A stretch of 64,000 nt of DNA from Candidatus Woesearchaeota archaeon (GCA_038884715.1 JAWABG010000001.1:38287-102286); one strand, 5' to 3'. Numbered from the stretch's first letter, positions 9,148 to 19,102 are shown. Made by a program: numbers and translations. Notes: generated from the letters alone by a model not told the origin.

Positions 9148-11214
9148 TTAAGAGGAACTAAAAACAAAATAATTATTTCCGGGAACTAATTCACTGAATT
9201 TTATTTCATTGTTATTTTTATCAACTGCTATTACTGCAAAATATTTTTTTGTAACAGGAATCTGAATATAGGTAGTTTTTAGATTACTAATCGGATCATT
9301 ATATATTACATCAAGATGATAATAATTATCATTAAAATGCTCAGATACCCAAGGAATCCCAAATCGTCTAACAACGCCTCCAGACTGCATAAAATCATTC
9401 TTGTCTGTATTTACAAAATTTTGATCAGAATAATATATATTATATGCTACAACGTCTTGAGTGTTCGTAGGATTATCACTCCACTGTAATTTGTAAACAT
9501 CTGCTGAGACATTTATAACAGACAAACCAATAACAGCTAAAGGAGCTATATTATCATATAGGTTAATTGCAAATTTTATATTAACTGGTTTTAGAACAGT
9601 GTTCATATTATCATCAAGCTGAGGAATCTCATCATTTGTTTTTAGGCACAGCCTGAATTTTTGTTTTTGATAAATACACTCCTTATAATCAACACCGTTT
9701 TGGTCATAGTCTGAAAAAAACAATTTATTGTTGTTAATGTTTGGATTAATATTTTCTATTTTTGTAAAATTTTTGCTGTAATTGCTTATATAAAGAAATA
9801 TTTCCTCTTTATTTGGCGTTGATATATATGTTCTGTAAATTCTTTTATTAGGATTTATTGTGTCAAAACCATCATCACCAATAACTGATTTAATATATCC
9901 ATCGTCATCATATTTTATTGAATAAATCTCAGGAATGTTTGTAGATTGATTTATAGAAAAACTATAGTAATTTATTATTGGTTTTGTCATCTGAACCAAA
10001 ACTTTATCATCTTGGATTGAAAACTTGAATTCAAATTCTCCCTTAAGTTTCTTATTTTTTATTTCATCGTTGGAATACAAATTTGTGAGCTTGCATGCAC
10101 AATCTGTTACATTTACCTCTGAGCATTCTTGTAATCTTTCCATTGCATCATAAAAAACCTTAAAAGGACCTTCTTCACAATCATAAGTCATTTTCATATT
10201 TGGATTATTTATGTTAAAATCAGATACAGCTTTATCAAGGCAAGATTCGAGATTATCAACACAGTGCGTCTTAACATTGGACGTAAATGTTTTTATCAAC
10301 TCATAAACACTTAAATTATAGTTTACAAATACATTAAAATGAGGCATTACTGTGTATACTCCTGAAATTCCAGAGCCTTTCTTCATAGTGTCTACATAAA
10401 TACCGTTTTTTACTTCTCCTCCTGCAGCAAGGCATATTTGGTTAAAATAATTCAGAATAGTCTCAGGATAGGCAGCACCCATTCCTGCATCAATGCACTT
10501 ATTTTTACTGCCACTTTCAGGGCTTGTGTACAAGCAGCGCACATAATCTCCCCTGCATACACTGGGTGAATCAAGGTAATTCTCTCTGCAGGCTTCAATC
10601 ATCGCATCTGTTAGTGTTTTGCCTACTTGAACTTTTTCAGCAGCACTTATTGCTGTTCGTTCACCCCTATTATATGCAAATAATGCCAAAATTAAAGTAT
10701 CTTTTGGACTGAGATTTTTTTTAGAAATTGAATCAAATTTTCTCTTAAAATTATGTATGCCTGCATCAATCTGACTTGCCACTGTAACGCATGGTTGGTC
10801 TCTTGTGCAAGTATCATCTACTTGAAGAATTCCTCTATAATTAGAAATATAGCCGCACTTGCTTTCCTGCATTGCAATAGCCATTATCATTATGGGGTCA
10901 ATTCCTCTTTCAGTTATTCCATTCTGCACAGAATACTGCATAAATAAGTCTATATGATTATAACAGCCATCGATATATTGCATATTCGAACTCGCTAATC
11001 TGCTTAAGTCTGGATTATCACAATAAACCATTTGGCTTTTGTCATTATCTCCGCCAACTCCAATTACAAAACCCGAGATACTTAAGATTGGATTTAGTTC
11101 CGAAATTGAAGCATTTAAATTTTTTAATTTTAAAACTAAGAATAAAAATAAAATAAATAACAAAAATAAAGAAAAATATAAAAGGCTTTGTTTTGAAACT
11201 TTTTTATTTTTCAT
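9148..11214 (-). CDS. Secreted lytic-transglycosylase-like protein (GH23/SLT domain) with a C-terminal FN3-like region.
   Basis: All three family-1 SLT motifs appear in order: AMQESKC (catalytic E-S), GILQV (GLMQ-like) and FAYNRG (AYNxG). N-terminal signal/anchor: MKNKKVSKQSLLYFSLFLLFILFLFLVL. C-terminal YKLQWSDNPTNTQDVVAYNIYYSD is FN3-like. Confidence 0.6.
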   Translation of the reverse strand: MKNKKVSKQSLLYFSLFLLFILFLFLVLKLKNLNASISELNPILSISGFVIGVGGDNDKSQMVYCDNPDLSRLASSNMQYIDGCYNHIDLFMQYSVQNGITERGIDPIMIMAIAMQESKCGYISNYRGILQVDDTCTRDQPCVTVASQIDAGIHNFKRKFDSISKKNLSPKDTLILALFAYNRGERTAISAAEKVQVGKTLTDAMIEACRENYLDSPSVCRGDYVRCLYTSPESGSKNKCIDAGMGAAYPETILNYFNQICLAAGGEVKNGIYVDTMKKGSGISGVYTVMPHFNVFVNYNLSVYELIKTFTSNVKTHCVDNLESCLDKAVSDFNINNPNMKMTYDCEEGPFKVFYDAMERLQECSEVNVTDCACKLTNLYSNDEIKNKKLKGEFEFKFSIQDDKVLVQMTKPIINYYSFSINQSTNIPEIYSIKYDDDGYIKSVIGDDGFDTINPNKRIYRTYISTPNKEEIFLYISNYSKNFTKIENINPNINNNKLFFSDYDQNGVDYKECIYQKQKFRLCLKTNDEIPQLDDNMNTVLKPVNIKFAINLYDNIAPLAVIGLSVINVSADVYKLQWSDNPTNTQDVVAYNIYYSDQNFVNTDKNDFMQSGGVVRRFGIPWVSEHFNDNYYHLDVIYNDPISNLKTTYIQIPVTKKYFAVIAVDKNNNEIKFSELVPGNNYFVFSSS

Positions 11215-11247
11215 TTTATTATTTTTTTAATGTTTTTGTGTTATTTA

Positions 11248-12405
11248 TTATTTCTTCATTAAATATGATGTTGTACATTTTCCTGCTGCTTTTGCCATCT
11301 GTGCTCTGTCTGAGTTATATTCAAAATGCCACCATTCTCCAAAAACATTTTTACTTTCACTACCCAACCTAATCCACCCGTTCTCGCACATCAATCTCTG
11401 CAACAAATCGTGATTTTTTTGTTGTTCTTGAGAATAAAAAAACGGGTAAGGCTTATGTAGCCCGGTATCTAATTCGTGCCCGTTAAAATATATTTTTGAT
11501 ACATCGATGGCTTGTCCTTGTGCATGTCTTGCGGTTGCACATGTTGCACTTGCTGCACCAGACCCTTTTTGTTTTTTTAATTCTTCTTGTTCATGTAGAG
11601 TTCTATAGGCATCACTTATCAATAATGTATACCTCTGTTTTCTTAAATTTTCGGCAGTTGTTTTTAATCCATCGGCGGCAGATTGTGCAAGCATGCATCT
11701 AATTCCTGGTTTACAAGTAATTCCTTCAATATTGTCAATTCCAACTATCTGTTCGTTTGTGCAGCTTGAAGCAGTAATTTTCGTGTCTATTATACTGCTA
11801 GCAACACCTCCAATACTAAAGATTATAGGCTGTATTGCGAGTCCAATAACATTTAATTTTTTTGTGCCTTGCTCTTGTTTTATTATAAATTTATAATTTT
11901 CTGTAGGGATGTTCACATTTGGATACTTTGAAAGATAATTATTTAATTCGTTATTTATATACTGCTTAAAGCTCTCATCATAATCTGGAAAACAGTTATC
12001 TGCTTCATTGCTGTATAAAGGATAAATAAATTGACCGCAAGGATAATTAGGAGTCATTCCTCCTTCGTCAATTGTATTCATTAAAAAGAAATAGCCTCCT
12101 GTTTCGCCAAGGCGAGAGATTGCTTTCAAGACGGATAATTTCGCAGATTGATCAATAAATAACAATGCGTATTCTCCTTCTTGATATGTTTTAAAGATAA
12201 TATATTCCTTATCGCCGATTTTCTCACCACTATCCGCTTTAAAATTTTTGCTAAATAAAATGAATATTATTATTAGACTTGAAACAATAATAAACATAAT
12301 TCCCAAAACAAAAAGTTGTGATTTTTTATCTGTCCTTTTCATTTTAATATGGATATTACTTATTGAATGGTTTTTTCGTACAGTAAAAAAAATAGTGTTT
12401 GACAA
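11248..12405 (-). CDS. Peptidase M15 family zinc peptidase (VanY / L-Ala-D-Glu peptidase-like peptidoglycan hydrolase) with a pilin-like N-terminal anchor.
   Basis: Zn-binding motifs ARHAQGQAIDV (SxHxxGxAxD) and GEWWHFEY (ExxH). N-terminus ...KMKRTDKKSQLFVLGIMFIIVSSLIIIFILF is class III signal-peptide-like. Confidence 0.7.
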   Translation of the reverse strand: MSNTIFFTVRKNHSISNIHIKMKRTDKKSQLFVLGIMFIIVSSLIIIFILFSKNFKADSGEKIGDKEYIIFKTYQEGEYALLFIDQSAKLSVLKAISRLGETGGYFFLMNTIDEGGMTPNYPCGQFIYPLYSNEADNCFPDYDESFKQYINNELNNYLSKYPNVNIPTENYKFIIKQEQGTKKLNVIGLAIQPIIFSIGGVASSIIDTKITASSCTNEQIVGIDNIEGITCKPGIRCMLAQSAADGLKTTAENLRKQRYTLLISDAYRTLHEQEELKKQKGSGAASATCATARHAQGQAIDVSKIYFNGHELDTGLHKPYPFFYSQEQQKNHDLLQRLMCENGWIRLGSESKNVFGEWWHFEYNSDRAQMAKAAGKCTTSYLMKK

Positions 12406-12423
12406 TTTTATGATTAGTTATTT

Positions 12424-12900
12424 CTACGATGAAGATAACGCCACTTGCACTGCTTTTATCTCGCCATTTAACAGGGGAAGATAAACAATTTTGTAAGGAA
12501 GACCAAAAGGTATTTGATTGCTCGTTTTTTTCGGAAAACAAATTATCGCAAAATATTTATTTGGAGAAAGTAGTGCAGTCTGTCGTAATTCCCAATCCGA
12601 GCATTTTTCATCCATATAATACTTAATCTTGTCGTCAGGGCTGTTCATCAACTTCGGATACATACCAAGATAACTCCCGAATGATGTGTCTTCATTTACA
12701 CTATCTCTGAACAAATTTATTGTTTCTCTGTCTTGAGACAATTCTCCAAATTTTTGTTGATAATTTGTCGTTTTTTGTTTAGCACTAAGATAAAAAAGGA
12801 AAATAAGTAATACAATAATAATTATAAAAATTATGATTGAAACAACATCAATCATCACGAAATCTCCTTTTTTATTTTTTAATAATTTACTTACTTTCAT
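12424..12900 (-). CDS. Hypothetical small surface protein with a class III (pilin-like) signal peptide.
   Basis: N-terminus MKVSKLLKNKKGDFVMIDVVSIIIFIIIIVLLIFLF (KKG then a hydrophobic helix). No recognisable domain. Confidence 0.4.
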   Translation of the reverse strand: MKVSKLLKNKKGDFVMIDVVSIIIFIIIIVLLIFLFYLSAKQKTTNYQQKFGELSQDRETINLFRDSVNEDTSFGSYLGMYPKLMNSPDDKIKYYMDEKCSDWELRQTALLSPNKYFAIICFPKKTSNQIPFGLPYKIVYLPLLNGEIKAVQVALSSS

Positions 12901-12993
12901 TTTTATTTTTTATATTTTTTAATTATTATTTATTTTAATTAAATGTTATATTAATTATATTTTTAAATATTTATCAATTATATTTTTTTATGA

Positions 12994-13569
12994 TTATTTT
13001 TCACTAATTAATTTTATATTAAGTATTCCTGAATTAAAAATATTATTCTCAATATATAATACAGAAACATTCTTTTCTATAACGTTAAAATCATTTTTGA
13101 ATACATTTGATTGAACTTCAATACTCTTATAATAATACTGATTATTGTATATAGGACCGAATTGTTTATTATTCGTAGAATCGGTTAATTCTAACTTTAC
13201 AGCCATAACTCTTACATTTCTAAAATTTAATGATTTTTCAATATTACTTCTAGTAAACTTTTTTATGTCAATAATACCAGGATATACCCTTCCAGTATTT
13301 TCATCAACGTAATTTATAATGTTAGGGGAATAATATATCTTGTTAAATATAACATCCATATGTAATGATGAAACATCTAGATTATTTACTACAAAAAAAA
13401 CAATTATCCAAATAAAAATTCCGATTGCAAAAATCAAGAAAAATATCCTAAATATATTTAGTATTGGCTCTTTTAGTGCTGCCCGCTTATTTATTTTTTT
13501 ATTTATTTTATTTTTTATTATTCTACTAATCTTTATTCTATTTTTATTTTCAAATATTTGAAATTTCAT
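12994..13569 (-). CDS. Hypothetical membrane-anchored protein.
   Basis: Single TM (ILNIFRIFFLIFAIGIFIWIIVFFVV) after a basic N-terminus. A 4-nt gap to the upstream gene suggests an operon. Confidence 0.35.
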   Translation of the reverse strand: MKFQIFENKNRIKISRIIKNKINKKINKRAALKEPILNIFRIFFLIFAIGIFIWIIVFFVVNNLDVSSLHMDVIFNKIYYSPNIINYVDENTGRVYPGIIDIKKFTRSNIEKSLNFRNVRVMAVKLELTDSTNNKQFGPIYNNQYYYKSIEVQSNVFKNDFNVIEKNVSVLYIENNIFNSGILNIKLISEK

Positions 13570-13573
13570 TTGA

Positions 13574-14410
13574 TTATTTGTAATTATTTTTTATTACTTC
13601 TACGAGTTTTCTTACAAAATCATTCTTGTTTTCGAATATGCCAGAAGGAAAATTAACTGGAATTAAAATCATAATTGCTGTTTTTTCGGAGCTTATCTGA
13701 CTAAATTCTTGGATGTTTTGCTCTGCAAATTGGGTGTTAAAAAAATTATTAAAGGTGTATTTTAATTCACAAGCAAGGTTTTTACTCATAAAGGATCCTG
13801 GCGGATAAAAAATACTTAGTTTCTCGTCGGGAGAATTCTTAACATAAATTATTAAATTCGGGTTGTTTATGTCTTTAACAAACCCTGTGTTTTCTAAATT
13901 ATTTTCAATACTGTTTGATAAATAAAATAGATTTTGATCAAGTGTAATTATTGAAAAATTTGTTTCTGATACAGATTTTAATGATTTATCACATAATGGT
14001 TGTTGAATTCCTATTCCTAAAACACCGCTCGCATATTCATACCTAAACGCTTTGCTACTGGTTTCTGATTCAATTATTTTAATATTTATATCATTAGCAA
14101 AAGGATAATTTGCATAAACACCTCTTTCTTGCTTTGGAAAATCATAAACAAAAATTTCAGATGACTTTAATGAAACCAAAAAATCTTTTTCGCGTCTGGG
14201 AGAATAATAGACAAAGCCAATTTTTCCTGGTGAAGCTTCAAGGGAATCAATAACCAATGCATTATCCCTGGCAAAATAATTTCTCCAATAGATTGTATTA
14301 TCTGATTTTTGATAAACAAATGCAAAAACAAGCAAGCCTATCCCCATAAGTATCGCGAATTGATTAAAGATATTCCATAATTTTTCTTCATCGCCCCTTT
14401 TATTAAACAT
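13574..14410 (-). CDS. Hypothetical surface protein with a class III-like signal peptide.
   Basis: N-terminus MFNKRGDEEKLWNIFNQFAILMGIGLLVFAFVY (KRGD motif, as in two neighbouring genes). Confidence 0.4.
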   Translation of the reverse strand: MFNKRGDEEKLWNIFNQFAILMGIGLLVFAFVYQKSDNTIYWRNYFARDNALVIDSLEASPGKIGFVYYSPRREKDFLVSLKSSEIFVYDFPKQERGVYANYPFANDINIKIIESETSSKAFRYEYASGVLGIGIQQPLCDKSLKSVSETNFSIITLDQNLFYLSNSIENNLENTGFVKDINNPNLIIYVKNSPDEKLSIFYPPGSFMSKNLACELKYTFNNFFNTQFAEQNIQEFSQISSEKTAIMILIPVNFPSGIFENKNDFVRKLVEVIKNNYK

Positions 14411-14485
14411 AAGAATTAATCTAAGAGAAGATATTTATATAGTTTTAGGTAAAAAATATTTTAAAAAACTAGTTTATATACACTC

Positions 14486-15766
14486 CTATTTACACACTCC
14501 TATTGGCAGGATTTTATTTACTGTTTTATCCCGGCCGTCAGGATTATATCTCTGACTCTCTCCAGAATATAGCTCCATAGAATAAACACAATTTTTTCCA
14601 TTACAATTTTTTCCGAGCTGAGCTAAGGATGAACCTGTACTTTTTCTTAAAGTATATTCTCCACAATCCTTAGTTAAATCAATCTCAACAATCTTATAAC
14701 TAACAGTGTTTTCTAATAATGGTCCACCAAAGACATCATCTCCTATCTGCCTAATTCTAGTAAATGTTTTTCCTTCCTCTAAATCATAAAGTGTGTTATA
14801 GAGCGGAAAGTTGTCTCCAACACCCAAACATTTACCTGTATAAACACCTATGTTTGAATATGTTAAAGGATCATCGGGATGAGAAGAGTATCTAATAACT
14901 TTTTCTGCAAACATACACACTTGATCATTATTGCATTTTGTTCCAAGACAACCAATCATATAAACTGGCAAATCTTCAACTGCAATACCCCCATATCCTG
15001 AAAATGAAATATCATACCCCAATATTCCACAAGGGACTTCTGTGTTTGAACAAGGTCTTTGCTGAGCCAAAATAGTGTCAAGATCGCTAAACTTATTTAT
15101 TGGCTGAGCATAAATATTATAACTATTTCCAATCTTTACCTTAATAAAAAAAACATTGTTAAAATCAGTTGATTTATCAGTTGTTCCTAATTGAAAGAAA
15201 TTTTTAAAAGTCTCTTTATTTAATATAAACACAGGATTTTGAGATTTTGTATATTCAACTTTCATCTTTCCGTCCTTTTCTACAAGGTTTGTTGATACAT
15301 AAACCAAGCCCATGAAATCTACACTCTCAAAAGTTCCCTTATTTAGTGATTTGCAGAACAAGACCTTTGTTTTTTTGTACAAACAAAGACAAGGATTATC
15401 ATATTCTGTATTACTCTCTCCACACTTTTCTGGTTTTTTAAATATATTTTTTCCAATAATTATTTCATCTGATTGATCACCAAAACCTAATATAGAATAA
15501 TCATCGGGAAGATATATTGTTGAGTAAGCATAGTCATTATCTGTTGAATGTAATAATAATCCTTCAAGAATTAATGATGCGGTATTAAAATTCTGTATTA
15601 CTGCTTTATTTAAATCTTTGTTTCCCGAAAATAAATTATATATTAATGGAACAAAAATTGTTAGCAGAATTATAACAACAAGTATTGCAAATATTGCCTC
15701 CACGAGCTGTCCTGTTGTTAAATCTCCCTTTTTTGCTCTTGCAATTTTTTTCCCAATCATAAGCAT
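14486..15766 (-). CDS. Hypothetical Cys-containing surface protein with a pilin-like N-terminus.
   Basis: N-terminus ...ARAKKGDLTTGQLVEAIFAILVVIILLTIFVPLIY. The KKGD motif plus E and a hydrophobic helix resembles prepilin leaders. Confidence 0.4.
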   Translation of the reverse strand: MLMIGKKIARAKKGDLTTGQLVEAIFAILVVIILLTIFVPLIYNLFSGNKDLNKAVIQNFNTASLILEGLLLHSTDNDYAYSTIYLPDDYSILGFGDQSDEIIIGKNIFKKPEKCGESNTEYDNPCLCLYKKTKVLFCKSLNKGTFESVDFMGLVYVSTNLVEKDGKMKVEYTKSQNPVFILNKETFKNFFQLGTTDKSTDFNNVFFIKVKIGNSYNIYAQPINKFSDLDTILAQQRPCSNTEVPCGILGYDISFSGYGGIAVEDLPVYMIGCLGTKCNNDQVCMFAEKVIRYSSHPDDPLTYSNIGVYTGKCLGVGDNFPLYNTLYDLEEGKTFTRIRQIGDDVFGGPLLENTVSYKIVEIDLTKDCGEYTLRKSTGSSLAQLGKNCNGKNCVYSMELYSGESQRYNPDGRDKTVNKILPIGVCK

Positions 15767-15829
15767 AATGAATAATTATAAAGAAATCCTTATTTAAATG
15801 TTACTCTTATTTACATTTATCATGAATAG

Positions 15830-16081
15830 TTAGCTAAATGCTCGCATACAACATACTTTGTTTTCACCGCAGTTTTTTTCATCAAGTGGCTGGTCTCCTG
15901 GCTGGCAATTACTTGTACTGCTGCAATAAAGAGCTTGGCCTCCTATTTCTCCTTCACATTTATTTACGTGCATTGAAGGTTTGATGATTAAAAAATATAT
16001 TAATGCAGCTGCGACAATTATTACTAGAACTACAATTATAATTTCTACAATATGACCTCCCGCTTGTGATTTATTATTCAT
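15830..16081 (-). CDS. Mini-pilin-like protein (83 aa) with a C-terminal six-cysteine knot; paralog 3 of 3.
   Basis: MNNKSQAGGHIVEIIIVVLVIIVAAALIYFLII, then C-x10-C-x5-C-x11-C-x5-CC (CEGEIGGQALYCSSTSNCQPGDQPLDEKNCGENKVCC). Confidence 0.5.
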   Translation of the reverse strand: MNNKSQAGGHIVEIIIVVLVIIVAAALIYFLIIKPSMHVNKCEGEIGGQALYCSSTSNCQPGDQPLDEKNCGENKVCCMRAFS

Positions 16082-16335
16082 TTTTATTTATTTTAAAATT
16101 ACTATTTAATAAAAATTAATTAATTATTAATTAAATCTTATAATAAATTAATAAATATTACTTTTTGTGTTTTTCCAATGATTATTTTTTTCTAATAATT
16201 ATTTTATTGTTTATATATATTAATTAATATACAAAAAATATTATTAATTATTATTTATTTAATATACAACATTAATTAATAGTTTGTTTATCATGATTTA
16301 GTATAAGTTTATGAATTAATATTTTTTGTTATATT

Positions 16336-17631
16336 TTATGTCGCGGCAATTCTTTTTCTTTCTGTTTTTCCTTGCCCCAAAACATTCTCCACATATAAAC
16401 AAATATTATTATTTTCATCATTTGCGGGACGAGTAATTGTTAATTCAGATGTTGCTGTATACTTGCCCCTATTATCTTTTGTTATTGGAGGACAATCGAT
16501 AGTATCATTGGTAATAATATAATACCATTTTTGGGTATTACAAGCATAGTCTGGGCTTTTTGCTTCACATATTAGTTTTATTTCATATTCTCCTGAACTC
16601 TTTTTAAAAATCTCGATTCGAGGAGTGGGATATGTGTCAACAAAAAATATTGGAATTGAAATACTTGCAGCCCAATAATTTGGGTCTATAGTACAGGCAT
16701 TTCCTTTTTGACAATCTTCTTTGTAAACAATTGACTGTAAGCTTAGTTCTTTATTTATCTCTTCATACTTTGGAGTATAAGTAAAAATTAATTTTGTATT
16801 TGTGCATTCAAGATTCTCTGTTCCAACTAAATTACCTTCTTGATTAAGCCATCTTTTATTTACTACATCATAAATATAACCAACACACCTTCTCTTTTTA
16901 TCAGAGTTTATATAGAACTCAATGTTTAATGTCTGACCAATGATTGCATTAAGTGATTGACTATAACCAATATCTTTGTTATTTACTTTTATAGCAATTG
17001 TTGCTCTTGCTTTATCGCTTGAGCGAGAATTTGAAGGGTTGTTTCTATTGTTTGATAGTTCGTTAACATCATTCGGATAATCATATTTTGGAATAATAAC
17101 AATACTTATTGTTTCATCATTATTCTTTATTACAACTACCTTAATATCAGTAACTGAATCATCATTTATATCAGTTTCTAATTCTCCTTTTTTATTAATA
17201 AGAGGTATTGTGTACTGTTTTGGCTCTGTTTGAATTGTTATCTTTACATAATTATCAGTCATTTCATCAATGCTTATAGAATGAGTTACTCCATTTATTA
17301 CAAAAGTTTTTGATTCCCCGACATGCAATGAAAAACTTTGCTCTTCATTTTTAATGCGCCTGCAGCAATATTGCCCAAGAATTTCTTTGTTAGTATTATC
17401 CTTGCATAAAATAATTCCTGATTTAGTTATCATGTATGTATCATCACATTTTTCATAAGTACAATAACCTCCAAAGGTCTCACAAGAATTTATTTTTGTT
17501 GATGTTTTCCAATAATAAAGGTAAATAATGAGCGAAGAAATAACAATAAGTATTAAAACAATTATTAATACCTTTACAAGTCCAACTCCGCTTGTATCAT
17601 CTGCACGTTTGTTAAATTTAAAGTTAATCAT
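16336..17631 (-). CDS. Surface protein (431 aa): pilin-like anchor, then the same 6-Cys module, then a large extracellular domain.
   Basis: MINFKFNKRADDTSGVGLVKVLIIVLILIVISSLIIYLYYW, then CETFGGYCTYEKCDDTYMITKSGIILCKDNTNKEILGQYCC, which has the same C...C...C...C...CC framework as the mini-pilins. Confidence 0.45.
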   Translation of the reverse strand: MINFKFNKRADDTSGVGLVKVLIIVLILIVISSLIIYLYYWKTSTKINSCETFGGYCTYEKCDDTYMITKSGIILCKDNTNKEILGQYCCRRIKNEEQSFSLHVGESKTFVINGVTHSISIDEMTDNYVKITIQTEPKQYTIPLINKKGELETDINDDSVTDIKVVVIKNNDETISIVIIPKYDYPNDVNELSNNRNNPSNSRSSDKARATIAIKVNNKDIGYSQSLNAIIGQTLNIEFYINSDKKRRCVGYIYDVVNKRWLNQEGNLVGTENLECTNTKLIFTYTPKYEEINKELSLQSIVYKEDCQKGNACTIDPNYWAASISIPIFFVDTYPTPRIEIFKKSSGEYEIKLICEAKSPDYACNTQKWYYIITNDTIDCPPITKDNRGKYTATSELTITRPANDENNNICLYVENVLGQGKTERKRIAAT

Positions 17632-17695
17632 TTTATAAAACCAAAAAATTAAGATTTTTAATTTAAGAAAAAAAAAATAAATTTATAACTGACTG

Positions 17696-17941
17696 CTAAC
17701 TGGTTAATGGACAACAAACAAATCCTTTAGCACATCCTTTTTCTCCTGAATTGCCTAATGGATTATTACAAGAACCAATCGGCAGACATTGTCCATTATA
17801 ATTATCTACACATTCTAGTTTTCCCCTGAATAATCCTAACCTGCTCACTAATAAATATGCTATGATTGCTAAAACAATTAATACAATTACTGCAATGATT
17901 ATAACATTCATTGACATTTCAATTCCTTTTTTGTTTTTCAT
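17696..17941 (-). CDS. Mini-pilin-like protein (81 aa) with a C-terminal six-cysteine knot; paralog 2.
   Basis: MKNKKGIEMSMNVIIIAVIVLIVLAIIAYLLV (KKG then I-E, class III leader), then CVDNYNGQCLPIGSCNNPLGNSGEKGCAKGFVCC. GAGGT SD lies upstream. Confidence 0.55.
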   Translation of the reverse strand: MKNKKGIEMSMNVIIIAVIVLIVLAIIAYLLVSRLGLFRGKLECVDNYNGQCLPIGSCNNPLGNSGEKGCAKGFVCCPLTS

Positions 17942-17986
17942 TGTTAACCTCTAAAAGATTATTATACAACTTATCACATAATTTAA

Positions 17987-18229
17987 CTATACCACTTTGC
18001 AGCATATTTTATTAGCATCACAGTCATTAAATGTTCCTCTAACCTGTTCATTTGTACATTCTTCCGGTGTCTTACATAACCCCCCATTCGCAACGCAGCT
18101 CTTCGTTGTTCCTTGATTCACATTTGCACCTGCTCTTAATACAAGAACGGCTAAAATTACTAGAACAATAAGTGCTATCGCCGCAATTATAATAACATTC
18201 ATTGATAATTCAGCACCTTTTTTTTCCAT
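17987..18229 (-). CDS. Mini-pilin-like protein (80 aa) with a C-terminal six-cysteine knot; paralog 1.
   Basis: MEKKGAELSMNVIIIAAIALIVLVILAVLVL is nearly identical to the 17696 leader. It is followed by CVANGGLCKTPEECTNEQVRGTFNDCDANKICC (C-x5-C-x5-C-x10-C-x5-CC). GAGGTGA SD lies upstream. Confidence 0.55.
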   Translation of the reverse strand: MEKKGAELSMNVIIIAAIALIVLVILAVLVLRAGANVNQGTTKSCVANGGLCKTPEECTNEQVRGTFNDCDANKICCKVV

Positions 18230-18537
18230 ATTTTCACCTCAACCCAAGATACACGTTTTAATAATGAAAATGTAATTATTTATAAAACAAGTATAAAACT
18301 CTCTACTTACTACCAGTCAAAGGTATATATAAAGTTTTTGATATTTTTAAATTTTGATGTGTTTAAAATATGTTTGAAAGTTCGTATTTATTTATTATAG
18401 TATATTATCTATTTTATAATATTAATTAATTATTAATTATAATTTATTAAGTTATAATATTTACAATGTTGTGTTTTTTATTGTTTGTATTTACCTCATT
18501 AGTTATATTTTTAATATTGGGTTAGCTTGTTCTCAGT

Positions 18538-19053
18538 TTAATTTGTTTTCTTCTTTAAAATCAGTTTTTCAATCTTAAAAGCAGAGTTCTCAGTATAATC
18601 CTTAACTTTTTCATCAAATAGCAAAACCTTAAATTCATCTGAATCTGATGTAGAGAAGTACTTTATATCATCAGAATAAACAACACATTTATTATTAACC
18701 ATTGCAGGATCAATTCCGACACCATATATTTTAGAAAAGAGATGAATACAAGTATCGGTCCTTTTAATATTCAAAACACTGTATCTAAAATAATAATAAG
18801 CATTCTGCTCCAAAAATAATTCATATTTTCCTTTATTTTTAGTAATATTTTTCCAATTAAGATTGTTAATTTCGTCATCAGATTTTTTATATGGGCCGTT
18901 GTATTGAATAAGAACATAATCGTCTCCTTTCATATTATCATTATTAAGTAATGATTTAGATAGAGGGATTAACCATTTTATTGTTAGAATTAATGCAACT
19001 CCAATAATTAATAATCCTATAAGAAATCCTGTCATTTGTTTTGATTCGACCAT
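18538..19053 (-). CDS. Hypothetical surface protein with an N-terminal anchor.
   Basis: MVESKQMTGFLIGLLIIGVALILTIKWLI, then a soluble domain. No recognisable motif. Confidence 0.4.
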   Translation of the reverse strand: MVESKQMTGFLIGLLIIGVALILTIKWLIPLSKSLLNNDNMKGDDYVLIQYNGPYKKSDDEINNLNWKNITKNKGKYELFLEQNAYYYFRYSVLNIKRTDTCIHLFSKIYGVGIDPAMVNNKCVVYSDDIKYFSTSDSDEFKVLLFDEKVKDYTENSAFKIEKLILKKKTN

Positions 19054-19102
19054 TATAAACCCAAACTTCTTATTTTAAATAAAAAATTATTGTGTGGAAT
19101 TG

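Noticed and set aside
12356-12626. ORFs 12356..12541 (-) and 12429..12626 (+), overlapping the junction of the M15 peptidase and the 158-aa gene.
   Set aside because: They overlap better-supported genes in other frames. No motif support.
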